Both the position numbers and the translations under genes were made by a program. The notes below the pieces were generated by a model that saw only the letters and a program-made list of their open reading frames with translations, was not told the DNA's origin and searched no databases. This document shows, in pieces, positions 1 through 17,909 of a stretch of DNA of 64,000 bases (the stretch's first letter is position 1; every line of letters starts with the position of its first letter). This DNA comes from the human T2T-CHM13v2.0 reference genome, Homo sapiens: NCBI RefSeq assembly GCF_009914755.1, contig NC_060947.1, one strand, 5' to 3'.

Positions 1-3
1 AAA

Positions 4-11
<8 letters not shown>

Positions 12-70
<59 letters not shown>
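12..70. repeat. (TA)n(CA)n microsatellite
   Basis: Direct reading; follows an A-tail. Confidence 0.95.
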
Positions 71-659
71 AAATGGATATTTTAGGAAGAATATTATGAT
101 TACCAATTATTGCCTTGTGACCAGTTACCTAAGCAAGAGTCATAGTCTCTACCTGAATTTCTCCTTTTACTGTATCATACTCTTGTTTTCTCTTCTCCCA
201 ATATTTTATATAGAATGTTTAGGGATACATTTTAACATTTTCAGTTTATGTATTGGAAAAATAAGATTGCAGACATTCTGCACTTGGAGTTGAATAAAAC
301 TATTCACAAAACTTTAGGTTGTCTTTCTTTGGGGTAGCCATAAAGCAGTACACTTGAAGATGTATGCCAAATAGTTAAAGTATGTTAGACAGTGGTATTT
401 TTAGAAGAGCAAATGAGAAGTGAAGCATATTCATTCAATTAACACATACTTGCTGAACTACTACTATGTTCTAGGCATCATCTCAGGCTTTGGGGATACA
501 GGAATAAACAAAACAGGCAAAGATCCCTGATCTTATGGAGATTATAATTCTATCAAGAGAAGACAAAAAGAATGGGTTTTTAAAAATTGGTAAGTCAGCC
601 CGGCACAGTGGCTCACGCCCATAATCACAACAGTTTGGGAGGCCGAGTTGGGCAGATCA

Positions 660-953
<294 letters not shown>

Positions 954-956
954 TCA

Positions 957-1210
<254 letters not shown>

Positions 1211-1894
1211 TCAGCAAACGACTGAAGTAGTGATCAATGGAGTAAAAGAAAAAGTGAAGTATCCTAAAATTAGGATACTATCAGGGAAGGAGTGACTAAT
1301 GGAGTCAAATATGGAAGAGGAAAATTTGGATTGAATCTAACAATGCGCAGGTGACTGGTGACCTTGACAAGAGCAGTTTCGGTGGAATGATGAGAGTGAA
1401 AACTTGACTGAAATGAATTAAACAGAATGTGGGAGGAGGAATTGCAGACAGCAGGCATAAGTGACTCTTTTAAGACATTTGGCCACAAAGAATAAGGAAC
1501 TGGGGTAGTATGTGGACAGCATAGTGTAGTGCATAGTTATTGTTGATTTTACTGTCCCATATCCATTCTACCTTCTCATGGTACATCAACTTGTCTTCCA
1601 GGAGTTACTTCTCCCTCATTGTATACTTGCTTTGTGGGACCACGACCTGCACTCAAGCTGTAAGTGTTGCTAGAGAAAAATATGTAAGCATGCTTAACTG
1701 GTTTCTCTATAAATTCATGATACAAATCTCAAATGGGACTCAAAACTACCAAATACTTCTCTAGTTTGTTCACTTTCCAACTTTTCAGATGACTGTCTCA
1801 TTTATTATCTCTCCTCAAACCTCCACTTCTCACTCCTCCTCACTTTCAGCAGATAACATTGCCTCTAAATAACTAGAAAAAAGATACAATATTA

Positions 1895-2041
<147 letters not shown>

Positions 2042-2453
2042 CTAAGCGTGGTGGCAGGCGCCTGTAATCCCATCCACTCGGGAGGCTGAGGCAGGAGAAT
2101 CCCTTGAACCCGAGAGACAGACATTGCAGTGAGCCGAGATCGCACACTGCACTCCAGCCTGGGGAACAGAAGGTGATCCATCTCATTAATAAATAAATAC
2201 ATAAATAAGTAAGTAAATTTCCTTATTTTCCCATAACCTAATCTACTAATCTCCTGCTTGTCCACCCTCATTCTTTGCCTTCCTTCCCTTATAGTGTGGT
2301 GGATGAAATACTTCTGCTCTTAACGTCGCCCTGTGACTTTTTTGGCTTCCATCTTCCCTTATCCAAAGACTTCATTAATACTGTCATCCCCTCATTCTCA
2401 TGTGTCAATTTCTCCCCCTTTACTGGAACAGTCCCACAAACCTATATTCTAGT

Positions 2454-2752
<299 letters not shown>

Positions 2753-3686
2753 ACATTCTAGTATCTCCCATTTTAAAAAAATACCTCCCTTGACCCCACA
2801 TCCTCCTACTCTTCTGTCCTTCACCACAGCAACATTTCTCGAAATAGCTCACTCTAGTTCTTGTCTTTCCTTCTGTGCCATTCTCTCCTCAACCCACTTC
2901 AAATAGGGTTGTGCGCCTTCCATCCCCCTGAAATGGCTTTTGTTAACTGTGTGTTAGTATGCCCAACGCATGTAGCATGTTGTGTCGAATGCTCACTCCT
3001 TTTTCTTCACCTCTGAGCAGCATTCAACAGTCATTCTTGCAACTTTCTCTTGGCTTCCTAGAAACCACACTATCCTGATTTTCCTCCTACCTCTGAGCCC
3101 ATTCCTTTTTAGATTTCATGCTACATTCTCACCTCGTGGGCCTCTAAAACGTTAGAGCATGCCAGCATTCAGTCCTTGGACTTCTCTAGTTACACTCTTC
3201 CTGAGTGATCTCATCCACTTCGATATTCATACCTTATAGTGCCATCCACATGCTTATGACTCCCAAATTTACCTCCAACCCATACAACTCCAGCAACCTC
3301 ATTACTTACACCTAATTCTACATGTGACATTTCTGTGTGGATGACTAAAAGTCACCTTAAATGATTCATAAAGTATTACATGTATTAACATACATGACAG
3401 GCAGTGTAGCATACTAGTTAGAAACATGATTTCTGGAACAACACGACTTGAAATCTAAGTCTATCAGTATATAGGTATGTGACCTTGCATTATTTATCTA
3501 TGTAACAATTTCCTCACGCATTCAATGAGGAAAATAATAGTATTTACCTGATGAGTTCCTGTGAGGAGCAAATATGTTAATGAAAAGTACTTAGAACAGA
3601 GTCTGGGCCTGACGCTGCAGCTCACGCCTGCAATCCCAGCACTTTGAGAGGCAGAGATGGGTAGATCACCTGAGGTCAGGAGTTCA

Positions 3687-3914
<228 letters not shown>

Positions 3915-4547
3915 TTATTACAACATCATACAGGCTTAGACCCCTCAGAATTGAAGGTTAAGTAAACCAAGTAAAATGCCACCATTGACTGAGGTAGAAA
4001 AAAAATAACAAAATGGATATTTTAGGAAGAATATTATAATTACCAATTATTGCTTGTGACCAGTTACCTAAACAAGAGTTATAGTCTCTACCTGAATTTC
4101 TCCTTTTACTGTATCATACTCTTGTTTTCTCTTCTCCCAATATTTTATATAGAATGTTTACGGATACATTTTAACATTTTCAGTTTATGTATTAGAAAAT
4201 TTGGAGATTAGATTCCAGACATTCTGTACTTAAGAGTTGAATGCAACTATTCACAAAACTTTTTTGGTTGTCTTTCTTTGGGGTAGCCATAAAGCAGCAC
4301 ACTTGAAGATGTATGCAAAATAGTTAGTGTTAGGCAGAGATATTTTTGGAAGAACAACTATGAGAAGTGAAGCATATTCATTCATTTAACACATATTTGT
4401 TGAACTCCTACTATGTTCTAGACATCATCTCAGGCTTTGGGGATGCAGGAATAAACAAAACAGGCAAAGACCCCTCGTCTTAGGAAGATTATATTCTATC
4501 AAGGGAAGACAAAAAGAAACAATGGGTTTTTTAAAATTGGTACATTA

Positions 4548-4839
4548 GGCCGGGCACAGTGACTCATGCCTGTAATCCCAGCACTTTGGGAGGCCGAGGC
4601 AGGCGGATCACGAGGTCAGGAGATCGAGACCATCCTGGCTAACACAGTGAAACCCCGCCTTTACTAGAAATACAAAAAATTAGCTAGGCGTGGTGGCAGG
4701 CACCTGTAGTCCCAGCTACTCAGGAGGCTGAGGCAGAATGGCGTGAACCCGGGAGGCGGAGCTTGCAGTGAGCTGAGATCGTGCCACTGGGCAACAGAGC
4801 GAGACTCCATCTCCAAAAAAAAAAAAAAAAAAAAAAAAA
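4548..4839 (+). mobile_element. AluY-type insertion specific to copy 2
   Basis: Y diagnostics GAGATCGAGACCATCCTGGCTAAC and GGCGTGAACCCGGG; TSD AAAATTGGTAC. Confidence 0.9.
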
Positions 4840-5476
4840 TTGGTACGTTGACCAGGTGTGGTGGCTCACGCCTGTAACCCCAGCACATTGGGAGGCCCAG
4901 ATGAGCACATCATTTGAGATCAGGAATTCAAAACCAGCCTGGCCAACATGGTGAAACTGCATCTGTACTAAAAATACAAAAATTAGTCGGCCGTGGTGGC
5001 ACACACCTATAATCCCAGCCACTCAGGGGGCTGAGTCATGAGAATCACTTGAGCCCAGGAGGCGGAGGTTGCAATGAGCAGAGATCACACCACTGCACTC
5101 CTGCCAGGGTGACAGTGAGACCCCCTTCTCAAAAAGAAGAAAAAGAAAAAAAAAAAGGCACGGAAGAAGATCAGCAAGAGAATGGAGGTAGTGATCAGTG
5201 GGGTAAAACAAAAAGGAAGTGTAGTATCCTAAAATTAACATAAAGAAATTATTATCAGGGAAGGAGTAATCAATGGAGTCAAATATGGAGGTAAGAGGAA
5301 AACCTGGAGTGAATCTAACAATGTGCAGGTCACTGGTGACCTTGACAAGAGCAGTTTCAGTAAAATACTGAGAGTGAAACCTTGACTGAAATGAATTAAA
5401 CAGAATGTGGGAAGAGGAACTGCAGACAGCAGGCATAAATAACTCTTTCAAGACATTTTGCAGCAAAGGAGAATAA

Positions 5477-6011
<535 letters not shown>

Positions 6012-7508
6012 TGAAATGGGACTCAAAACTATCAAATATTTCTCTAGTTTGCTTGCTTTCCAACTTTTCAAATGACTGTCTCATTTATTATCTCTCCTCA
6101 AACCTCCATTTCTCACTCCTCCTCACTTTCAGCTGATAACTTTGCCTCTAAACTAGAAAAAAGAAACAATATTAAAAGTTTCCTGGCAGGGTGCAGTGGT
6201 TCACGCCTGTAATCTCAGCACTTTGGGAGGCCGAGGGGGGTGGATCACTTGAGGTCAGGAGTTTAAGACCAGCCTGGCCAACATGGTGAAACCAAGACTC
6301 TACGAAAAATACAAAAATTAGCCGGGCGTGGTAGCAGGCGCCTGTAATCCCAGCTACTCAGGAGACTGAGGCAGGAAAATCACTTGAACCTGGGAGAAAG
6401 AGGATGCAGTGAGCTGAGACCACGCCACTCCACTCCAGCCTAGGCAACAGAGGGAGATCCATCTCATAAATAAGTGTCCTTATTGTCCCACAACCTAATC
6501 TACTAATCTCTGCTTGTCCACCTTCATTCTTTGCCTGCCTTCCCTCATAGTGTGGTGGATGAAATACTTCTGCTCTTAACGTCCCGTGACTTTTTGGATT
6601 CCATTCTCCCTCATCCTAAGACTTCAGTAATCCAGTCATCCCCTCATTCTCGTGTCAATTTCTGCCCCTTTACTGGAACAGTCCCAAAAACCTATATTCT
6701 AGTATCTCCCATTTATTAAAAATACCTCCCTTAACCCCACATCCTCCTGCTTTTCTCTGTCCTTCACCACAGCAACATTTCTCGAAATAGCTCACTCTAG
6801 TTCTTGTCTTTCCTTGTTTCTGTGCCATTCTCTCCTCAACCCACTTCAAATAAGGTTGTGCGCCCTCCATCCCCCTGAAATGGCTTAACTGCATGTTAGT
6901 ATGCCCAACGCATGTAGCATGTTGTGTCGAATGCTCACTCCTTTTCCTTCATCTCTGAGCAGCATTCAACACAGTCATTCTTGCAACTTTCTCTTGGCTT
7001 CCTAGAAACCACACTATCCTGATTTTCCTCCTACCTCTGAGCCCACTCCTTTTCAGATTTCTTGCTACATTCTCACCTCCTTGGCCTCTAAAATGTTGGA
7101 GCATGCCAGGATTCAGTCCTTGGACTTCTCTAGTTACACTCTTCCTGAATGATCTCATCCACTTCAATATTGATACCTTATAGTGCCATCTACATGCTCA
7201 TGACTCCCAAATTTACCTCCAACCCATACAACTCCAGCAACCTCATTACTAACACCTAGTTCTACATGTGACATTTGTTTGGATGACAAGTAGTCATCTC
7301 AAATTTAATGATTCATAAAGTATTACATGGATTAATATACATGACAGGCAGTGTAGCATACTAGTTAGAAACATGATTTCTGGAACATGACTTGAAATCT
7401 ATCAGTATATAGGTATGTAACTTGGGTAATTTATTTATGTAACTGAATTTCCTTATAACTTCAATGAGAAAAATAATAGTATTTACCTTAAAGGTTCTTG
7501 TGAGGAGC

Positions 7509-7512
<4 letters not shown>

Positions 7513-7543
<31 letters not shown>

Positions 7544-7830
7544 AGACAGAGGCTTGCTCTTGTCGCCCAGGCTGCAGTGCAATGGCGCGATCTCAGCACA
7601 CTGCAACCTCCACCTCCGGGGTTCAAGCGATTCTTGTGCCTCAGCCTCCTTGAGTAGCTGGGATGAGAGGCGCCCGCCACCACGCCCGGCTAATTTTTAT
7701 ACTTTTATTTTAGTAGAGACAGGGTCTGGCCATGTTGGCCAGGCTGGTCTTGAACACCTGACCTCCAGTGATCCGTCAGCCTTGGCCTCCCAAAGTGGTG
7801 GGATCACAGGTGTGAGCCACCGCGCCCAGC
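7513..7830 (-). mobile_element. Antisense Alu specific to copy 2
   Basis: TSD TGAGGA(G/A)CAAA; empty site at ~3562-3572. Confidence 0.9.
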
Positions 7831-8051
7831 AATGAGGAACAAATATGTTAATGAAAAGTACACAGAACAAAATCTGGGCCTGGCACATGGATCATGCCTG
7901 TAATCACAACACTTTGGGAGGCCAAGGCAGCTGGATCACCTGAGGTCAGGAGTTAGAGACCAGCCTGGCCAATATGGTGAAACCCTGTCTGTACTAAAAA
8001 TACAAAAATTAGCCGGGCATGGTGGTGGATGCCTGTAATCCCATCTATTCA

Positions 8052-8183
<132 letters not shown>

Positions 8184-9156
8184 CTAAAGAAAGAGTATCA
8201 CACAGGCTTAGAACCCTCAGGATTGAAGGTTTAGTAAACCAAGTAAAATGTCACCATTAACTAAGGTAAAAAAAAAAAAATACAAATGGATATTTTAGGA
8301 AGAATATTTTAATTACCAGTTATTGCCTTGTGACCAGTTACCTAAGCAAGTGTTATAGTCTCTACCTGAATTTCTCCTTTTACTATATCATACTCTTGTT
8401 TTCTCTTCTCCCAATATTTTATATAGAATGTTTAGGGATACATTTTAACATTTTCAGTTTATGTATTAGAAAACTTAGAGATAAGACTGCAGACATTCTG
8501 CACTTGGAGTTGAATGCAACTATTCATAAAACTTTAGGTTGCCTTTCTTTGGGGTGGCCATAAAGCAGTACACTTGTAGATGTATGCAAAACAGTTCAAG
8601 TGTGTTAGAGATATTTTTGGAAAAACAACTATGAAAAGTGAAGCATATTCATTTAACACATACTTGTTGAACTTCAGGCTTTGGGGAGACAGGAATAAAC
8701 AAAACAGGCAAAGATCCCTCATCTTATGGAGATTATATTCTATCAAGAGAAGACAAAAAGAAACAATGGGTATTTAAAAATAAGTACCCCGGCAGGTCGC
8801 GGCGGCTCACGCCTATAATCCCAGCTCTTTGGGAGGCTGAGACAGGCAGATCATTTGAAGTCAGGAAATCAAAACCAGCCTGGCCAACATGGTGAAACCC
8901 TGTCTCTACTAAAACTAGAAAAATTAGCCAAGTGTGGTGGTGAGCGCCTGTAATACCAGCTACTCAGGAGGCTGAGGCAGGAGAATCACTTGAGCCCGGG
9001 AGGCAAAGGTTGCTGTGAGCAGAGATCACACCACTGCACTCCTGCCTGGGTGACAGAGTGAGACTCTGTCTCAAAGAAAAAAAAAAAAATGGAGGTTAGG
9101 CAAGAGGATCAGTAAGAGACTAGGAGTGATCAGTGGGGTAAAGGAAAAAGAAAGTG

Positions 9157-9450
9157 GGCTGGGCACGGTGTCTCTCGCCTATAATCCCAGCACGCTGGGA
9201 GGCCGAGGTTACTGGATCACCTGAGGTTGGGAGGTCGAGACCAGCCTGGCCAACGTGACAAAACCGCTTCTCTACCAAAATTACAAAACATTAGCTAGGG
9301 GTAGTGGCGGGCGCCTGTAGTCCCAGCTACTTGGGAGGCTCAGGCAGGAGAATCACTTGAACCCGGTAGGCGGAGGTTGCAGTGAGCCGAGATCATGCCA
9401 CTGCACTCCAGCCTGGGAAATAGTTAAGACTCCATCTCAAAAGAAAAGAA
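9157..9450 (+). mobile_element. Alu specific to copy 3
   Basis: TSD AAAGAAAGTG; absent at ~1250 and ~5215. Confidence 0.88.
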
Positions 9451-10679
9451 AAGAAAGTGTAGTATCATAAAATTCAAATAAAGATATTCTATCAGGGAAA
9501 AAGTGACTAATGGAATCGAATATGGAAGAGGAAAATTTGGATTGAATCTAACAATGTGCAGGTCACCGGTGACCTTGACAAGAGCAGTTTCAGTGGAATG
9601 ATGAGAGTGAAAACTTAACTGAAATGAATTAAACAGAATGTGGGAAGAGGAATTACAGATAGCAGGCATAAGTGACTCTTTTAAGACATTTGGCCACAAA
9701 GGAGAATAAGGAACTGGGGTAGTATGTGGACAGCATAGTGTAGTGCATAGTTATTGTTGATTTTACTGTCCCATATCCATTCTACCTTCTCATGGTACAT
9801 CAATTTACCTTCGAGCATTTACTTCTCCCTTATTGTATACTTGCTTTGTGGGATCAACACCTGCATTCAAGCTGTAAGTACTGCTAGAGAAAAATACATA
9901 AGCATGCTTAACTGGTTTCTCTATAAATTTATGATACAAATCTCAAATGGGACTCAAAAATACCAAATACTTCTCCAGTTTGTTCACTTTCCAACTTTTC
10001 AAATGACTCTCATTTATTATCTCTCCTCAAACCTCTACTTTTCACTCCTCCTCACTTTCAGCTGGTAACTTTGCCTCTAAATGGGAAAAAGAAACAGTAT
10101 TAAAAGTTTCCTGGCAGGGTGCAGTGGTTCACACCTGTAATCTCAGCACTTTGGGAGGCTGAGGCGGGCGGATCGCTTGTGGTAAGGAGTTCAAGACCAG
10201 CCTGGCCAACATGGTGAAACCCCGTCTGTGCTAAAAATACAAAAATTAGCCGGGCATGGTGGCGGGCGCCTGTAATCCTATCTACTTGCGAGGCTGAGGC
10301 AGGAGAATTGCTTGAACCTTGGAGACGGAGGTTGTAGTGAACCAGATCGTGCCACTGCACTACAGCCTGGGCAACAAGAGCAAGACTTAGTCTCAAAAAA
10401 AAAAGGACATACATTAAATGCATTAACGTGATTGCCAGTGGTAGGTGAATGAATGTATGGGAGTGGGAATGGGGAAGTAAAGTAAAAACAAAATGAGGAG
10501 GGCTCTGTGTGTACTAATCAGAATACACCAAAATACTTGAGGAGTATGACGAGCTCAGGAGACGAAGAAACTCAGCTTATCTTGTCCTTGACAAAATGCT
10601 GATCTAACAAAGTGCTGGTTCCTTCCCCTCATTCCACCCCTAAAGATGACACACAAGAAGAAAATTGATGAAAATAATA

Positions 10680-10860
10680 AAATCTAACACTTATGCAGCA
10701 TTTACCATATGCCAGGAACTATTAACTCATTTATCTTAGCAGCCAATGCTATGAGATAATTATTATTCCCATTTTATAGATGAGAAAACTAGTGAGGTTA
10801 AGCAACTTGCCCAAGGTCACACACCTGGTAATGCTGAAACTGGGATTTGAACTCAGTCTA
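10680..10860 (-). mobile_element. MIR SINE
   Basis: CCCATTTTATAGATGAGAAAACT...AACTTGCCCAAGGTCACAC core. Confidence 0.85.
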
Positions 10861-11284
10861 GATAGAACAGAGAAACACCTAGAGGAGGGAGAGGGTGAGT
10901 TTGGGGTAGGAATGGAAGTCAGGGAAGGGTAGCCTAAAACGGAGGAAGAGGGGGCTCCATGGACAGAGGAGAAGCTAGGGGTGAAATGTGTCATTGTGCC
11001 CTTTCTCCTCCAACATTGCACCAGAAAGATCATCTCCCACCTCATCACCACAGCAAGACAAAGAACATCTGCGCCAAGCCAGCTGGAGGTGGGTTCCATT
11101 TAGGCAGCACTGGAGCCCAGTTGGATGGGGGGGCATATTACATGTGCAGGCACACAGGCCACCCTGAAAACTACACCTTCAGCTAGTCAATACAACTTAT
11201 ACTTTCAAGGCAAGGATTTGGCCATATGTTCCTTGAGGAATTCTTTCCAAAAAAAAAAAAACCCCTGAAGAAATTGACATCAGG

Positions 11285-11920
<636 letters not shown>

Positions 11921-12231
11921 AGGGGTTCACCAACAAACAGCACCCACAGTGAAGCACAGTAAAAAAGCCCTCAGAGATTACAAACATGTTAATCCCCTCT
12001 CTTCTTATAATCATGAACACAGAGCCAAAACTTTCCAATTATTTGAGGAAAGCCCCTAGTAAGAAGTTTGAAGTAGAAAAAAACAGCAATAGTAACTTCA
12101 AAGGAAAAAAATCCACTCTGCAGGAAGAAAACTTTAGGACTTTAAAAAATTAGTATCCTTAGAGAGCTTACTATAAAACTACAGTAATCAGGCCAGGCAC
12201 AGTGGCTCACGCCTGTAATCCCAGTACTTTA

Positions 12232-12471
<240 letters not shown>

Positions 12472-13314
12472 CTAAAAAAAAAAAACACCCTACAGTAATC
12501 AAGGTAAGGATAGACATAGACATTACCGATCAATTTTTTTAAGTACAGTAACGGACCCAGGTATGTATGTTTCCTATTAAGATACTGAAGTACTGGAGGC
12601 TAGTCTTTTCAAAAAAAGATGCTCAAAGGCCTATCTGTATTTGAAAAAATCAATTTCAACACCTACCTCATACCCAAAAAAATTCAAAATGGATTACAGA
12701 CATAATATAAAAGTTAAAACCACAAAACTTGTCCAGGCATGGTGTCTCATGTATGTAATCTTAGCACTTTGGGAGGCCTAGGCACGTGGATCCCTTGAGC
12801 TCAGGAGTTGAAGGCCAGCCTGAGCAACATGGTGAAACCTTGTCATGAGGTTTTGAGACCCAGTCACAAAAAAACTTACAAAACTTCTAGAAGACAGGAA
12901 AAAATATTTATGACCAGGCAGTAGGCAATTTTGTTAGGTCACAGAAACCAAGAACCATTTTTGTTAAATTAGATTTCATTTGCTCATTGAAAAAAATAAA
13001 AAATAGGCAAGGCAGACTGGGAGAAGATATTCGTAACATATCTGACAATTTGTATCCAGAACAAATAAATAAATTCTGTAACATTTAAAAAGCAGGCAAC
13101 CCAATTTTTAAGACAGACAAAAGTCTTAGACACTTTGTGAAAGTAGTTATACACACGGCTAATTAAGCACGTGAGAAACTGCCCATCAGCCTGGCCAACA
13201 TGGCGAAATCCCATCTCTACTAAAAATACAAAAATTGCCGGGCGAGGTGGCTCACGCCTGTAATCCCAGCACTTTGGGAGGCCGAGGTGGGTGGATCACA
13301 AGGTCAGGAGTTCA

Positions 13315-13554
<240 letters not shown>

Positions 13555-13688
13555 TTAGCCCGGCATATGGACTGGGCACGGGGGCTCACGCCTATAATCC
13601 CAGCACTTTGGGAGGCCAAGGTGGGTGGATCACAAGGTCAGGAGATCAAGACCATCCTGGCTAACATGGTGAAACCCCATCTCTACTA

Positions 13689-13823
<135 letters not shown>

Positions 13824-13869
13824 CTAGGCGACAGAGCGAGACTCAGTCTCTAAATAAATAAAGTAATTA

Positions 13870-14118
<249 letters not shown>

Positions 14119-14717
14119 CTAAAGTCTTTTTTGAGACATGGTCTCACTGTCACCCAAGCTGGAGTGCAGTGGTGCCATCACGGCTCACTGCAGCCTCAAC
14201 TTCCTATGCTCAGGCCATCCTCCCATCTCAGCCTCCTGACACCACACCCAGCTAATTTTTGTATTCTTTTGTAGAGGTGGGTCTTGCTATGTTCTCCAGG
14301 CTGGTCACCTGGGCTCAAGTGGTCTACCTTGGCGTCCCAAAATGCTGGGATGACAAACATGAGACATCACACCCAACCTAGTCTGGAGTTTAGTTAATGG
14401 TAATATACCAATGTTAATCTCTTAGTTGACAAATACCATAATAATGTAAGATATTAAAATTAGGGGAAATTGGGTAATGCGTATGAGAACTCTCTACTTT
14501 GCAACTTCTGAGAATTTAAAATTATCCCCAAATAAAGCCTTTTTAAAAAAGTGCTCAGCATCATTAGTCATCAGGGAAATGTGAATTAAAATCAATACTA
14601 CCCCACCCACCAGAATGGTTAAAATGAAACTGATCAATAGCAGCACATGTTGTTAAGGATGTTGTGGAGGAACCAGAATTCTCATAAATTGCTAATGAGG
14701 CCGGGCACGGTGGCTCA

Positions 14718-15044
<327 letters not shown>

Positions 15045-15060
15045 TTAAAAATTAAACATA

Positions 15061-15930
15061 CAGCAGATCTTTTAAAAACGTCATTTTAGTGAACATCATT
15101 TTGTTGAGGAAAAAAAAAAAAATCAACTCCTGGCTGGGACCACTGTGCGGAGTTAACACATCCTTCCCGTGTCTGCATTGGCTTTCTCTCTGGGTACTCC
15201 TGTTTCCTCCCATATCCCAAAGGTAAACTTGCAAGTCTGAATGGTTCCGATCTGAGTGAATGTGGGTGTGAGCATGTCCTGCAATGGGATGGTCTCCTGG
15301 CCAAGATCGGTTCCCACCTTGGCCTTGAGCTGGCTAGACAGGTTCTAGTTTCCTGAGACTCTGAACTGAAATAACTGGGTAAATAACTAGATAGCTTTTC
15401 AACTCTTCTTAAGTAACTGGGTAAAGAACTATATAGCTTTTCAACTTTTCTTAAACGTATGCACAGCTCACGTTTATTTCAATGTTTAGTATTAGATGTG
15501 TTTTGGCTTTTATTTGGCACCAGGCGCAGTGGCTCACACCTGTAATCTCAGAACTTTGGGAGGCGGAGGAAGGATTGCGAAATTCAAGCCCAGCCTGGGC
15601 AACAAAGGGAGACCCCCGCCGTCTCTTTAAAAAAAAAAAAAAAAAAAAAACGCCAGGCATGCTAGCACACGCCTGTAGTCCCAGCTACTTGGGAGGCTGA
15701 GGTGGGAGGATTGCTTGAGTCCAGGAGGTCAAGGCTGCAGTGAGTCATAATAGCACTACACTCCAGCCTGGGCAACAGAGTACAATGTCTCAAAAAAAGT
15801 TTGACACTTTTAACTACAAATATGTTGCAGGAACTTAAATTTTTTGTCAATTAGCCTACGGTAAAGCTGGTTTCATTATAAAAGTTTCCAAGAACCCTTC
15901 AAGAAATCTTCAACAATGTTAAGATTTACT
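15061..15930. mobile_element. MER6-like TcMar/Tigger DNA transposon with Alu insertion and a 42-bp internal tandem duplication (15372-15455)
   Basis: GGGTACTCCTGTTTCCTCCCATATCCCAAAG motif typical of MER6; TAACTGGGTAAA..AGCTTTTCAAC repeated with period 42. Confidence 0.7.
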
Positions 15931-17102
15931 GTATTATCTACCCTGTCACTTCATGAATTCCACTCGACATTTACCAAAAATAAACTGTTACGTCCAAGAC
16001 TCGTACAAGAATACTCATAGCAGTATTTGTAATAGCCAAAAATTGGAACTAGCCCAGATGTCCATCAATAGTTACTTCATGCACTGCAACTCTACTCTGC
16101 AATAAAAGGAATATACATGCAACTATGTGGATGAATCTGAAAACATTCTGTAAGCAGCTAGACATAAACTACATCAACAGAATTTACATAATCAAAATTT
16201 GCAAAAAATATCTTATGATGGAAATCAGGTCAGTGTTTGTTGCTGGTGTTGGGAGGTGGTCTATTGACTGAGAAGGGGCACACACAACTTTCCGGAGCTA
16301 AGTTCTGTGTCTTGATGTGCTAAGCGTTTCTCAAGACTGATCAAACTGTACATGAGATCAGTGCATTTCACCATACTTTTTTTCAAGTACTACTCATTGC
16401 TGAGAGGATAAGCCACAAATTCACCATAAGGGCTAAACTGTTAACACCAGATACTGACAAGGCATGGAATAACTCACACATCATTGGCTAAGTGTTTCCA
16501 CAGTATTACTTTGGAAAAAATGCCTAGCCATCTCTCAAAAAATGTACATCTATCCTGATTCAGCAATTCCACACCCGTTTTCATCTCAGTAATTACAAAA
16601 ACAAAAGCTACTGTGAGAACATTTATAGCAACTTTATGCATGAAAGCCAAAAACCAGAAAAGGCCCAGGTTTCCATGAATGGGAAAGCATACCATACTCG
16701 GCAACATGGAACTACTGATGTATACACGGCTAAAACTCAAGTACTTTGAGATGATGGTAATTATCCATCATTGATAGAGTACACATTTCTCAGTTCATAA
16801 AACAGTACCCTTAATACTTGAGTATTTCAGATTTAAATGTTATCTTAAAAATTGATTAAAGTTGAACTAATTGATACAAAAGTTCAAGTTACTTTTCAGG
16901 AAGTATACTGACATGTGCAACATAAAGTATTGACGGGATGAGTAGAGAGATGTTTTCCTGGAACAATAGGTATAGAACTGGCTGCGCGTTGTAGCTCACA
17001 CCTGTAATCCCAGCACTTTGGGAGGCCAAGGTGGGCAGATCACTTGAGTTCAGGAGGTTCAAGACCAGGCTGGCCAACATGATGACAACCCCATCTCTAC
17101 TA

Positions 17103-17306
<204 letters not shown>

Positions 17307-17909
17307 TTACAGAATGACAATACTTAGGGCTTTCTCTGCCATCTTAATGCTTAGCTGCATTCTTTCTCCATGTGCTGAGTTCTGTTCAACTGACTACATA
17401 ACCCAAATGCAATGCCCAGTTTTAGACACAAACGAACATCAACTAGTCAGATATATACAGGACACTAGGTAAAGCAGAGAAACTGAAAACTGCAAATTCA
17501 GAAGCATATTATCACATGCATTGCTTGACCCAAAGTATTTGGAATCCACAGCCACAACTGAGTTGTTGCTGACCTGTTTTTCCCCAAGAGGTAAGCAGGA
17601 ATTACATAAAAGCACTACAGTTGACTCCTGGTTTATTTAGCCTCTGCTTCTTAGGTGTGTGATTGTGCTTCCATTTAACTTTTAGGGTGAGGACTGAATG
17701 AAGTCATCTACATTCCCCCTGAAGCTCACTCTCAATAAAGGAGGCCTAGTCACAAAAACAGCCTCAATGACTCTGGACATTCCCATGCAAAACTGATTAA
17801 GTGCCATCAATGCAACAGAGGTAGTGTTTGGGGGAGGGGGACATGGGAAAAACATTTAAAAACATAAACCCCTAATTTCTAAGTAAAGAAGAGCCCCTTG
17901 CCACAAAAA

